From contig JALVYU010000011.1 in assembly GCA_027022365.1 (NCBI GenBank), positions 99,742 to 163,741 of the forward strand: DNA of 64,000 nucleotides, given 5' to 3'. Below, piece by piece: positions 22,419 to 31,492 of the stretch. How positions within the stretch are numbered: the stretch's first letter is position 1; each line of letters begins with the position of its first letter. The stretch comes from Desulfurococcales archaeon (GTDB taxonomy: Archaea > Thermoproteota > Thermoprotei_A > Sulfolobales > Desulfurococcaceae). The notes below the pieces were generated by a model. It did not search any database. It was given only the letters and a program-made list of their open reading frames with translations, and had not been told where the DNA came from. The translations under genes were made by a program, and so were the position numbers.

Positions 22419-23414
22419 ATGAGGTTCGCCCCAGTATTAATTTTGCTAATCACACTATCCACAACTATGGCGTTACAGCATGTATGGGCTGGGCAAAACA
22501 ATAGTTTACTTGTAGTAACTACGTTTGACAACCTAAAATACGATGTTAAACAGCTCCTAGCTCCTGGAGATAGGGTCGTAAGTCTTGTTCCTCCTGGAGT
22601 AGATCCGCACAGCTATAGTTTGAGGCCACAGGACATCGAGTTGTTGGAGAAGGCCGATCTAATTGTATCTACTGGTCATGTAGCCTTTGAGAAACAAATA
22701 GAGAAAATGGTTAAGGAAGGAATTATAAAGGCGGAACTGATCGAGATACCGGATATACCGGGTATTAAGGTGCTGGATAACCCTGTAACGGGGGAGCCTA
22801 ATCTACATATGCCAATCTATGATCCATATAACTATATTGTATTTATCTCTAGACTAGCTAGTGCAATGGCTTCTCTGAGACCGAGCATGAAGGACGTGTA
22901 TATCGAGAAGGAAACACAAGTGATCAATAAAGTGGCCGAGATAATATCGAGTACTAGGAGAATCACAGGTATTGGTGTTGGGGAAGCACCACCCGTACAA
23001 TATGCTGTCGAGTGGATGGGCCTTAAGATAAAATATCTTGCCTTGATCCAGCCCGGAGTACCTGCGCCTCCGTCGCTTCTTAAACAAATCGAGGAGCAAG
23101 CCGAACAACACAAGATAGAATACATCGTAGTTATAGGGAACAGTACAAATCCAGCCCATAAACTCCTCCTCGGCCTAGCGGAGAAATATGGTTTGAAAAC
23201 AATAGTTGTTCCGAGCCCAACATCTCCTTCGAGTATCCTCGATAAGCTCGAGTATATTGTCCAGGAGATCAATTCCTCTGTCGCATTAAACAACTCGGTT
23301 AGCCCGATGGGCAGACGCGATGAACAACTCCTAACTAGTCAGGCGGCACTACTGCTCGGTCTATGCACGGGCTTCGTGACAGCATTCTATGTCTTAAGGA
23401 GGGAGGAGAAGTGA
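22419..23414 (+). CDS. Metal ABC transporter substrate-binding protein (ZnuA/TroA family)
   Basis: Signal peptide, VPPGVDPHSY, NLHMP, C-terminal TM anchor. Confidence 0.88.
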   Translation: MRFAPVLILLITLSTTMALQHVWAGQNNSLLVVTTFDNLKYDVKQLLAPGDRVVSLVPPGVDPHSYSLRPQDIELLEKADLIVSTGHVAFEKQIEKMVKEGIIKAELIEIPDIPGIKVLDNPVTGEPNLHMPIYDPYNYIVFISRLASAMASLRPSMKDVYIEKETQVINKVAEIISSTRRITGIGVGEAPPVQYAVEWMGLKIKYLALIQPGVPAPPSLLKQIEEQAEQHKIEYIVVIGNSTNPAHKLLLGLAEKYGLKTIVVPSPTSPSSILDKLEYIVQEINSSVALNNSVSPMGRRDEQLLTSQAALLLGLCTGFVTAFYVLRREEK

Positions 23415-24268
23415 GGCTCGAACTAATTCTAGTTATTATGATCAGCGTATACGCTGTCCTTCTCTCGATAACGACTAGTTGGGTATGGGTAGCCGTGATG
23501 GCTTCATCCGCATTAACGCTAGGGGCGATAAGCGCGCTTGTTGGTGCTCGGAGGCTCTTCTTCCTTGCTGGTGCAGCGCCTCATAGTGGTTTACTCGCGG
23601 TTCTCGTGGCAATTCCTTTAGCATATATCACCGGGTACGATCCGGTAGTGATAGCCTCGCTTACGGGAGTATTACTAGTATATATGGTTGGATACGCTAT
23701 ACATCGCGGCCACGACCCGGACGTATCTACCTCGGTCTTCATAGCTTTCTCGGCCTCCCTCAGCGTTATTCTCGCCTATTATGTCCTCACAAACTATCCT
23801 GTACAGACAGATATATCGGCGATCATACTAGGTGATCCACTACTGGCAACGCCGACAGAAGCGTTATTCATGACGGGCTTATCTATTGTTTCATTTATCA
23901 TTGTCTGGACAACCTATAGGGAACAGGTTAGCATCGGGATAGACCGTGACTCGGCCCGATTGGCGGGAATAAAGGTCTGGGTATACGACCTAATAGTCTT
24001 CACGCTTCTGGGCCTAGCTGCCGCCGCCCTGCTTAGAATCATAGGCTTTATCTTGGAGCATGTACTCATATTGATACCCGTGAGCATAGCATTAACTGCA
24101 TCAAAGTCGTCGGGGAAAGCATTCGCGATATCGATTCTATCAGCATTAACAGCTGGTCTACTCGGCCTCAACATTGCACTCGTCCTTAATCTACCGCCGA
24201 GCGGTGTTACTGGAGCCGTTCTCCTCGCGTATTATCTACTATCACTTCTTGGGAGGGGGAGAAAATGA
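23411..24268 (+). CDS. Metal ABC transporter permease (ZnuB family)
   Basis: Multi-TM; HSGLLAV, ILGDPL; GTG 23411 after GGAGG. Confidence 0.88.
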   Translation: MRLELILVIMISVYAVLLSITTSWVWVAVMASSALTLGAISALVGARRLFFLAGAAPHSGLLAVLVAIPLAYITGYDPVVIASLTGVLLVYMVGYAIHRGHDPDVSTSVFIAFSASLSVILAYYVLTNYPVQTDISAIILGDPLLATPTEALFMTGLSIVSFIIVWTTYREQVSIGIDRDSARLAGIKVWVYDLIVFTLLGLAAAALLRIIGFILEHVLILIPVSIALTASKSSGKAFAISILSALTAGLLGLNIALVLNLPPSGVTGAVLLAYYLLSLLGRGRK

Positions 24269-24645
24269 CCATGAAGAGAAGGTTCGGGATAAGCATACCC
24301 TCTAATCTAGCGGATAAGCTCGACCAGTTATCCGAAAAGCTAGGATGCGATAGGAGCAGGATCGTGAGGATGGCTATAGAGAATATTGTCCATGATCATT
24401 TGTATTATCTCGTAAAACATAGATGTAAAGGAATAATAGTTGTAAAAGGATCAGAAGATATCCTGGATCTCATTGAGAAGTATCACGACCTCGTCATAGC
24501 ATATAATCATTACCATTTATCCAATACATGTATAGCGACCATAGTGGTGGACGGCTTCTCAACCGAAATTATTAGATTGCACCGCGAAATACTGAACAGA
24601 GGATGTAGTTCGAGATACATACCGATAGATTATGGGAGCGAATAA
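24265..24645 (+). CDS. NikR-like RHH metal-responsive regulator
   Basis: N-terminal RHH (RFGISIP...DRSRIVRMAI) and C-terminal HYH-x4-C, resembling the NikR metal site. Confidence 0.78.
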   Translation: MTMKRRFGISIPSNLADKLDQLSEKLGCDRSRIVRMAIENIVHDHLYYLVKHRCKGIIVVKGSEDILDLIEKYHDLVIAYNHYHLSNTCIATIVVDGFSTEIIRLHREILNRGCSSRYIPIDYGSE

Positions 24646-24648
24646 GAT

Positions 24649-25533
24649 ATGGGGTTGCAAGACATCCTTAATAGATATGAAGTACAATTCAAGCCAAGAG
24701 AAGGCTATTGGCTCACAAAATGGCTCGTAGACGAGATAACAGGATCCAGGTCATGCATAGACGCAAGCCTAGACCTTGGGATAACCTGGAGCAAGCTATG
24801 CCTGGCCGATAATAAGATACTTGTAAACGATGTCCAGATCCCCCTTCTAGTGCCCAGGGAGCCTGACAGGATAATCTACATCAATGATCAAGGGATGGAT
24901 GCATACGAAGTAGTCAGGAGAACAGATACTGGTTTTTACAAGTTAAAAGCCATTAAGAAATACGGTGCCCCTACTCTCGAGATAAACGGGATACACATGC
25001 ACCGGATAGTAGGAGTTGATCCCTGGACTGATTCACGGATAAAGGTAAGGGCCGCCAGGATAAAGAAGGGCGTAAAGGTCCTCGATACATGTATGGGCCT
25101 GGGATATACTGCCATACACTCCGTTCTAAGAGGCGCAGAACTAGTTGTGACCATCGAGAAAGATGAGAACGTCTACTGGGTTGCAACACATAATCCCTGG
25201 AGCCATGGGCTTAGTGATGCACGTGTAAAGACATTATTGGGTGACGCCTCCAAGATCATAGGCTTGTTCCCGGACTCTTCTTTCGACAGGATAATTCATG
25301 ACCCTCCAAGATTCACGCGTAGAACAGGAGACTTATACAGTCTCGAGTTCTATCGCGAAGCCTACAGGGTTCTCCGTATAGGCGGGATTATGTTCCATTA
25401 CACGGGAGAGCCGCGGAGACACGGTGCTCCAAGCATATTGAAAGGTATAAGTGAGCGGTTGAGGAAAGCTGGTTTCTATCCTGTGGTCTACGATAGGAGG
25501 GCTCAGGGGTTTGTCTGCCATAAACGTATATGA
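24649..25533 (+). CDS. Predicted archaeal SAM-dependent methyltransferase (COG2521-like)
   Basis: PTLEINGIHMHR, VLDTCMGLGYTA, IIHDPPRF. Confidence 0.85.
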   Translation: MGLQDILNRYEVQFKPREGYWLTKWLVDEITGSRSCIDASLDLGITWSKLCLADNKILVNDVQIPLLVPREPDRIIYINDQGMDAYEVVRRTDTGFYKLKAIKKYGAPTLEINGIHMHRIVGVDPWTDSRIKVRAARIKKGVKVLDTCMGLGYTAIHSVLRGAELVVTIEKDENVYWVATHNPWSHGLSDARVKTLLGDASKIIGLFPDSSFDRIIHDPPRFTRRTGDLYSLEFYREAYRVLRIGGIMFHYTGEPRRHGAPSILKGISERLRKAGFYPVVYDRRAQGFVCHKRI

Positions 25534-25544
25534 TTATATGGTGC

Positions 25545-25910
25545 TTACCCAGTCTTCTCGATCTTTTCTAGTATCTCGTAGATATCTTTGCTGAACCCCG
25601 GGCGGAGCTCTCCATAGGCTTTCTTGATCTCCTCCCTGATCCTAGCGTTCACATTATAACATCCCGACTCATGTACTAGGAATTTCTTATTCACAAGCCT
25701 TGCTATGGCCCTGTTAACGGTCAGCTCGATGATAACGTCATCGAACTCTGGGACTAGCTCGGGGTCTCTGAGCCTCTTGATTTCCTCTCTGATTTCTATA
25801 ACGCTGATGATCTCGCCTGCACTAATGTGTTTCAGGAAATACTCCATGATCAGTCTTTCGAGCTTAGGGAGAGAAAGTATGTCTTTAACACCTGGTAGTT
25901 CGTCGAACAA
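25545..25910 (-). CDS. Hypothetical protein (wHTH-like)
   Basis: TTG 25910 follows a GAGGGTGA RBS right after the upstream gene. The longer ORF call from 26099 overlaps that gene. Confidence 0.65.
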   Translation of the reverse strand: MFDELPGVKDILSLPKLERLIMEYFLKHISAGEIISVIEIREEIKRLRDPELVPEFDDVIIELTVNRAIARLVNKKFLVHESGCYNVNARIREEIKKAYGELRPGFSKDIYEILEKIEKTG

Positions 25911-25926
25911 ACATTCATCACCCTCA

Positions 25927-26889
25927 CTAATAATACCATGTATTATAATATGTGTGTTCGTCAACCATGAATTTAGGGTTCTTCCTAGCCATACAGAAGT
26001 TTCTGAACAAACACTTATTGCATAAGGGTTCTTTATCCCGTAGACATATCTTGCGCCCCATAATCCATAGATGATCATCGAGAAGCCCGGGATGTACACC
26101 GCTTTTGCGGGCCAATAATCTATATGCTCTTCTTATAGTCATTCTGAGCAGGACGTCCTCTTCCCATGTGACCTCTACACCTCTTGTAATCTTGTCCCAT
26201 AGGGGACCACTAACCATTACTATGCCGAGCCTATAAGCTATCCTCGACAAGTGGTTATCAATTGCAAGGTCTAGCTCATCCATTATCTCTATGAGATCCC
26301 TTGCCTCAAGGAACTTGGCGAGAAGCATTGCCTTCTTTTCAACAGGGTCTTCGTACGCCCTGAAGACTCTTAGCCTCTCGACAAAACCCGGAGAGCTGAT
26401 CGAACCGTGGAGTCTAACCTTATACCCTCCTATTAGCTTCTCAACGCTTCCATCATAGAGTTTAACGAGTTTCAATCCAAGATCTCTGAGGAGATAAGTT
26501 CTCACAACGATATCTGGGGGAGAAACATCACCGACCGATAACCATTCTCTTACCTCATCAGCGCTTATCTCCGTGAGGTGTTCTGGCGAGAAGAAATCAG
26601 GGTCATCATAATATTTCTTGGCCCCAAGCCTGTAGAGCAGGTCTGCACCGTGATAGAATTCTCCATCAACATAGCCTTCGTACGGCTTCCCCGGCCGGCT
26701 GAGCCTGTGATCCATAGCTACCATGACGAGGAAATATCTTAGAACCTTTTCACGCTCATCATCTCTTGGCGGATAGTATTTCGGGTCATAGACGTCCAGC
26801 TTCGACAGACTCGGCTTGTTTTTGCCCAGGACTCTTGCAGCTTTCTCGATAATCCGAGTATCAATGCCTATGACTTCCAAGAAACACAC
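25927..26889 (-). CDS. HhH/EndoIII-superfamily glycosylase-like protein with C-terminal 4Fe-4S motif
   Basis: KKAMLLAKFL, IDNHLSRIAYRLG, C-x7-C-x2-C-x5-C. Confidence 0.7.
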   Translation of the reverse strand: MCFLEVIGIDTRIIEKAARVLGKNKPSLSKLDVYDPKYYPPRDDEREKVLRYFLVMVAMDHRLSRPGKPYEGYVDGEFYHGADLLYRLGAKKYYDDPDFFSPEHLTEISADEVREWLSVGDVSPPDIVVRTYLLRDLGLKLVKLYDGSVEKLIGGYKVRLHGSISSPGFVERLRVFRAYEDPVEKKAMLLAKFLEARDLIEIMDELDLAIDNHLSRIAYRLGIVMVSGPLWDKITRGVEVTWEEDVLLRMTIRRAYRLLARKSGVHPGLLDDHLWIMGRKICLRDKEPLCNKCLFRNFCMARKNPKFMVDEHTYYNTWYY

Positions 26890-26950
26890 CTCTACCAGGA
26901 CAAGAGATTATTGTTTCCATCAACCTAAAAAATCGTAGGGAGAAGAAGAC

Positions 26951-27487
26951 TTGGTGGAGACTATCTACGACTATGTTATTTCGAAGAAACTAGAACTGGT
27001 AAAGCCCACGATCATAGTCGGTGGCATCAAGTCGACGACGATCAAAGCCATCGATCTAACAATCATAGGACGAGTACAAGTCAATGGCACGATATCGGCT
27101 GACAAACTAACGGTCATAGGCCACGGACTTGCATCCACGATAGAAGTAAAAGAGGCATATCTGATCGCCAATGGTCCGTTATTCATTGATGTCCTTAAAG
27201 CAAACAAGGCTCTGATCATAGGCCGAAGAGGTTCCATCATAGCTGATTTCATCGAGGCAGACACGCTGTTCATGGAGAGATCATATGCTTCGAGAATAGT
27301 TGTTCAAACACTTAAACTATCGTGGGGGGTTGGGATAAGAATACTGGAAAATGCCCGCGAAATAGTGTTCTATGATCCACATGTGTGGTTCGAGGAGATC
27401 CGGGCCGAAAACCCAGCGATCACTTATAAGTACAGCATTCAAAAGCTCTCATCCGCGCCTCAACGACTTTCTCGCGAAGATTCATGA
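26951..27487 (+). CDS. Hypothetical beta-helix (bactofilin-like) protein
   Basis: Repeated short I/V/G-rich strands (GRVQVNGTISADKLTVIG; IKAIDLTIIG; LKANKALIIG). Confidence 0.55.
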   Translation: MVETIYDYVISKKLELVKPTIIVGGIKSTTIKAIDLTIIGRVQVNGTISADKLTVIGHGLASTIEVKEAYLIANGPLFIDVLKANKALIIGRRGSIIADFIEADTLFMERSYASRIVVQTLKLSWGVGIRILENAREIVFYDPHVWFEEIRAENPAITYKYSIQKLSSAPQRLSREDS

Positions 27488-27632
27488 GGGTAGACGCTAT
27501 AAGAAACAGTTCTCCAGGACTTATCTTGTCTCCGGGCTTGATCCTGCCTATCCGGCTTTCAATCTTATCGATAAGGTCTATTGCTTCCTCAAGCACCGGG
27601 ACAAGATCCTTACAGTCGCTCTCTGAAGCCAT
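27420..27632 (-). CDS. Small hypothetical helical protein
   Basis: 70 aa, amphipathic helices, AGGTG RBS upstream. Confidence 0.6.
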   Translation of the reverse strand: MASESDCKDLVPVLEEAIDLIDKIESRIGRIKPGDKISPGELFLIASTLMNLREKVVEARMRAFECCTYK

Positions 27633-28011
27633 CTTAGCACCTATATGAATCCTGGTTATGACAGTGTTAAAAATAATTTCTTACCGGAAAACATAGGAAG
27701 ATAATATATGTTGATAGAATTACTTATCATACATAATTATAAGTCCGGATACAAAGCTAACAAGGCTACCCAAGTATCAGCGGAAAACTTGTCGATTCAT
27801 ACTTGCTACGCCTTGGCTAGTACTCTGTGTTTAAATACGATGGAGCCTAGCACCGTATCTACAATTATGTGGTAAGCTCGAGAAGGCATCTTAAAAATCC
27901 GGCTGAGCATAGGAAGCGTAGGGAGATATCCTTATCTTAGCATCTATAGAATAACTATGAGGAGCTAGTACTCTGATGTTGTAGATAAATACATAGTATT
28001 ACCCCCCGGGG

Positions 28012-28024
28012 GAAAGATTTAAAG
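28012..28024 (+). promoter_or_regulatory. BRE-TATA promoter of the speH leader/operon
   Basis: GAAAGA followed by TTTAAA (28018-28023), about 28 nt upstream of ATG 28052. Confidence 0.55.
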
Positions 28025-28051
28025 GCATATATATTCTCTTCTTGAGGTATA

Positions 28052-28117
28052 ATGAGACCTCCTCATCGGAGGGGTGGGGGGTATCTTTTTATTTCCCCCC
28101 GGGGGAGAAAACATTGA
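28052..28117 (+). other. Candidate leader uORF (MRPPHRRGGGYLFISPRGRKH*) / structured 5' leader
   Basis: ATG 28052 to TGA 28115-28117. Overlaps a CCTCC/GGAGG hairpin and a G6/C6 stem. Confidence 0.35.
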
Positions 28118-28150
28118 ATGGGGGTGTCTGGGATGACGGGGGTTATCTAT

Positions 28151-28522
28151 ATGGTTCGGGAGGAGGGGGGAGAAACTCCCGTTGTGGGGAGACATGTTTA
28201 CGGCGAGCTTTACGGCTGCAACCCGGAGATCCTCAGCAATGAGAAAATGATTGAAGAGATAATCAAAGAGGCTGCAGAGATAGGGGGTTTCACATTACTT
28301 GATGTGAAGTCATGGAAGATAAGCCCGGGAGTCAGTGCTGTTGGAATAGTCTTGGAGAGCCATATCTCCATCCATACGTGGCCCGAGTATGGTTTTGCAA
28401 CTGTTGATGTTTATACTTGTGGCTCTGAGGGAGACCCCATAGCTGCTTTCAAGCATATAGCCAAAAGGTTTGAGGCTAAAAGATATACCATGAAATACAC
28501 TGATCGAAGCTACCGGGAATAG
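28151..28522 (+). CDS. speH: S-adenosylmethionine decarboxylase proenzyme (SpeH/SpeD class 1B)
   Basis: LE|SHISIHTWPE pyruvoyl cleavage site, DVYTCG. The KSWKISPGVS loop resembles crenarchaeal AdoMetDC more than the ArgDC paralog. Start could be 28118, 28133 or 28151. Confidence 0.88.
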   Translation: MVREEGGETPVVGRHVYGELYGCNPEILSNEKMIEEIIKEAAEIGGFTLLDVKSWKISPGVSAVGIVLESHISIHTWPEYGFATVDVYTCGSEGDPIAAFKHIAKRFEAKRYTMKYTDRSYRE

Positions 28523-28526
28523 TGGT

Positions 28527-29648
28527 TTGGACAGAATATATATCGTCGGAGCTGGGCCTGCAGGACTTACCACGAGTTTTTTCCTAAGCAGAGAAATCCC
28601 TTCTAGCAGTATAACCGTTTTCGATCATAGGAGAAAACCCGGTGTTCCACCTTACTGCACAAGCATAGTTGGTATAGAAACCGCTGAGTTCTACAAGGAA
28701 ATACTTGGGGAGAAGGTGATAGAGAAGAAATACTATTCTATAACCTTCCATACGCCCACAAGGAAATACACGGTGTACTCTAAGAAACCAATAGCATATA
28801 GGCTTGCTCGCCCCTATCTCGAGCAGAAACTATGTGATAAACTACTAGACATGGGTGTCGAGATAAGGTTGGGGGAGCATGTTCTCCCCGCCCGCCCCGG
28901 GGCCTTGGTTGCTGGTGGGAAGGAGTATGAAGGCCTTGTAATAGCGGCCGATGGTGCTTATAGTCTCTTCAGGAAGAAATACTGTGGATGGATGCCGGAG
29001 ACAATTATGGGTCTACAAAGAATAGTTAGAGTCGATAAACGGTTAGAGAATAGTTTCCATGTCTTCTTCGATCTTGACACACCCTGTTTCTATCAATGGA
29101 TTGTGCCTGTGGATGGAGATAAAACTGTACTAGTTGGATACGCCGACTGCAAGATTCGCTCTGACCCAAATAGGATATTTGATAAGGTGCTCAGAAAAGC
29201 CGGTTTACGCCTCCTATCGAGTGAACGTATTTTCGGCGGCCCAATAATAAGGGATCTACCATACAGACCGTACAACATAGGAGGGAGAATATATTTCATA
29301 GGAGATAGTCTTCCAGCCTCCAAACCGGTCACTGGGGGAGGCCTTTACGGTATAAAGGAGTTAGTGCCAGCCCTGACTAGGGCTATCGTGAAGGGTGATC
29401 CCAGGATCTATGACCAGAGCGTTGAACGCCTTAAGAAAAGGTTTCGAAAGTCATGGCTTCTAACAAGGCTGTTTAAGCATAAGTACTGGGTGATAGCGGA
29501 CCTGTTCTCTGTTTTTCAGGGAGAATTTGAGCCGGGCCTATTTGATCTTCATGAAAAAATTGTTTGGAGAGCCCTACCCCGTCTACCCACGCTCCTGTAT
29601 ATCCTATTATGTTCTCTGTTTATCCGAACACGGCGATCTCGTGGATGA
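28527..29648 (+). CDS. Geranylgeranyl-reductase-family FAD oxidoreductase
   Basis: GAGPAG, IAADGAYS, YQWIVP, IGDS...KPVTGGGLY. Confidence 0.82.
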   Translation: MDRIYIVGAGPAGLTTSFFLSREIPSSSITVFDHRRKPGVPPYCTSIVGIETAEFYKEILGEKVIEKKYYSITFHTPTRKYTVYSKKPIAYRLARPYLEQKLCDKLLDMGVEIRLGEHVLPARPGALVAGGKEYEGLVIAADGAYSLFRKKYCGWMPETIMGLQRIVRVDKRLENSFHVFFDLDTPCFYQWIVPVDGDKTVLVGYADCKIRSDPNRIFDKVLRKAGLRLLSSERIFGGPIIRDLPYRPYNIGGRIYFIGDSLPASKPVTGGGLYGIKELVPALTRAIVKGDPRIYDQSVERLKKRFRKSWLLTRLFKHKYWVIADLFSVFQGEFEPGLFDLHEKIVWRALPRLPTLLYILLCSLFIRTRRSRG

Positions 29649-30753
29649 GCCTTCCTTCCTTGAACCTGTCTATGGTGAGGTTTTCGGCCTCTCTTATCCC
29701 TGGCTTACCCCTGACTATCCATTCCGCAACCGCCTCGGAGGCGGCTGGGGCTATCATAAACCCGTGGCCACTAAACCCTGTTGAGACGTAGAGGCTCTCC
29801 ACATCTTTTACCGGGCCGAGGATGGGGTGGTGATCTGGCGTCATGACATAATAGCCTGTCCAGTACCTTATGATGTGTGTTGATGGGAACCAGTCGAAGT
29901 ATTTGCTCCATATCCTCACGGCCGTGTATAAGAACTCTATCCTGTTCATCGGGGGTCTATTGTATTCTTCTTCGAGCTCAGCGCCGATGAGGAAGCCTCC
30001 CGACACTGTTTGCACCATGTAGGATGCAGTCTCCCAGTCGACGAGGAGGGGCTTGAATACCTCTCTGTATTTTTCCGTAATCAGTGCGTGTTTGGGCAGA
30101 TTGTTTATTGGAGCATCAACCCCGCATGTACTGAGTATGTCTCTACTGCCATACCCGGCGGCAACCAGTATTGTTTCCGCCTCAACCCTCTCTTTCTCGG
30201 TCAATACACCCTTGGCTTCCCTATTCTCCACAATTATTTTCTCGGCTTTCTCCGGATACCTTACCTCTACGCCGCTCTTTTTTAGGTACTCCAGAACGTT
30301 TAGGAGCGCGGTGAACGGGTTTGATTTCCCAGCAATAGGATCATGTACCCCAGCGACGAGGGTGTCGGTCTTAATGGTTGGGACGAGTTCCTTTATCTCG
30401 TCGGGGTCGACTATACGTGTCGGGACGCCTAGGCTGTGGTGGAAGCGAACATACTCCTTGAAGTTCCTAAGATGTTCTTCACGCGACAACAGCCAGACGT
30501 ACCCGCCCTGTACAAAGGGGAAGCCGAACCTATTGGATAATTCCTTCCACTTCTCTATACTCCTCTTCATCAATACCACGTGTTCTCTGCTCGTGAAGCT
30601 AGCCCTTATACCGGTCGCGCACCTGAACGTGCCCCCGCTCCCCGGGTAGTTTTTCTCTATAATTGCTATTTTCTCGATGCCACGGTCGAGGAGCTCGAGC
30701 GCTGTGTATACCCCGTTTATCCCTGCCCCGATCACGGCCACATCGTATCTCAA
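29620..30753 (-). CDS. Dye-linked L-proline dehydrogenase/sarcosine oxidase beta subunit (DAO family)
   Basis: GAGING, GGTFRCATGIR, TPDHHPILG, GFSGHGFMIAP. Confidence 0.88.
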   Translation of the reverse strand: MRYDVAVIGAGINGVYTALELLDRGIEKIAIIEKNYPGSGGTFRCATGIRASFTSREHVVLMKRSIEKWKELSNRFGFPFVQGGYVWLLSREEHLRNFKEYVRFHHSLGVPTRIVDPDEIKELVPTIKTDTLVAGVHDPIAGKSNPFTALLNVLEYLKKSGVEVRYPEKAEKIIVENREAKGVLTEKERVEAETILVAAGYGSRDILSTCGVDAPINNLPKHALITEKYREVFKPLLVDWETASYMVQTVSGGFLIGAELEEEYNRPPMNRIEFLYTAVRIWSKYFDWFPSTHIIRYWTGYYVMTPDHHPILGPVKDVESLYVSTGFSGHGFMIAPAASEAVAEWIVRGKPGIREAENLTIDRFKEGRLIHEIAVFG

Positions 30754-31046
30754 TAATTATCGCCTCCCAGGAAGTACTTTGCCTGTACGGGGTGTAGTGG
30801 GGGCCTAGATGTTGGGAGCATCAGTTCCTCCGCGTTCTTGCCCGTGGCTCTCCGGAGTATTCTCAGTACTATGGGTATACAGTGGGTGCCCTGGCAGGGC
30901 CCCATACCTATCCTTAGATAGCGCTTGAGGCTCTCGAGGTCGGTGTATCCCTTCTCTATGGCTTCTAGGACATCGGCGAGCGTTACTTCCTCGCATCTAC
31001 ATATGATTATTTTTCGGGGATCCATATGGCTCTCACCTCCAACCAC
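30750..31046 (-). CDS. BFD-like [2Fe-2S] subunit of the proline dehydrogenase complex
   Basis: ICRCEEVT, GMGPCQGTHC, RPP; probable start ATG 31025. Confidence 0.85.
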   Translation of the reverse strand: MVGGESHMDPRKIIICRCEEVTLADVLEAIEKGYTDLESLKRYLRIGMGPCQGTHCIPIVLRILRRATGKNAEELMLPTSRPPLHPVQAKYFLGGDNY

Positions 31047-31492
31047 TTATCCTTTGGGACGGAAACGGTTACAGCCCATGTACGGTCATGCTGCCACGCC
31101 TTAACGATCACGCCCTCACCCACAGGTTCTCCACGTCTATTGAGAAGTGTCACCCACATACCTTTCTCTGGTCTTGGCAGGAACTCGTACGGCAGTGTTA
31201 TTAGTGCTTGGCCGGGCTTGGAGAGGTCGACAACGAACAAGGCCTGGCCCGGGCACTGTGGGACGCAGACCCCGCACCCTATACATTTGTCCCAGTCTAT
31301 CCTGGGTATCTCGTAGATCTTATCCATTCTTATCGCTTTGAACGGGCATACATGTACACATATATTGCAGGGTATCTCCTCAGGGCACTCCGCTATGACG
31401 ACGGGGCCTTTCTCGAGCCTCTCCCTTGGTGGGAGGAGGCCTAGCTTCTCGAGCTCCTCGGGCGTGATATATCCTTTCTCCTTATAGCTCAC
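31007..31492 (-). CDS. Ferredoxin-like 4Fe-4S subunit of the proline dehydrogenase complex
   Basis: CPEEIPCNICVHVCP, CIGCGVCVPQCPG, LPYEFLP. Confidence 0.87.
   Translation of the reverse strand: MSYKEKGYITPEELEKLGLLPPRERLEKGPVVIAECPEEIPCNICVHVCPFKAIRMDKIYEIPRIDWDKCIGCGVCVPQCPGQALFVVDLSKPGQALITLPYEFLPRPEKGMWVTLLNRRGEPVGEGVIVKAWQHDRTWAVTVSVPKDKWLEVRAIWIPEK

Noticed and set aside
27708-27875. 55-codon ORF MLIELLIIHNYK...
   Set aside because: No motif and no convincing RBS; probably a chance ORF.
27997-28106. Replication origin (ORB) interpretation of the C6G5 repeats
   Set aside because: Lacks the TTCCAGTGGAAAC-type ORB core, and no cdc6/orc1 gene is adjacent.
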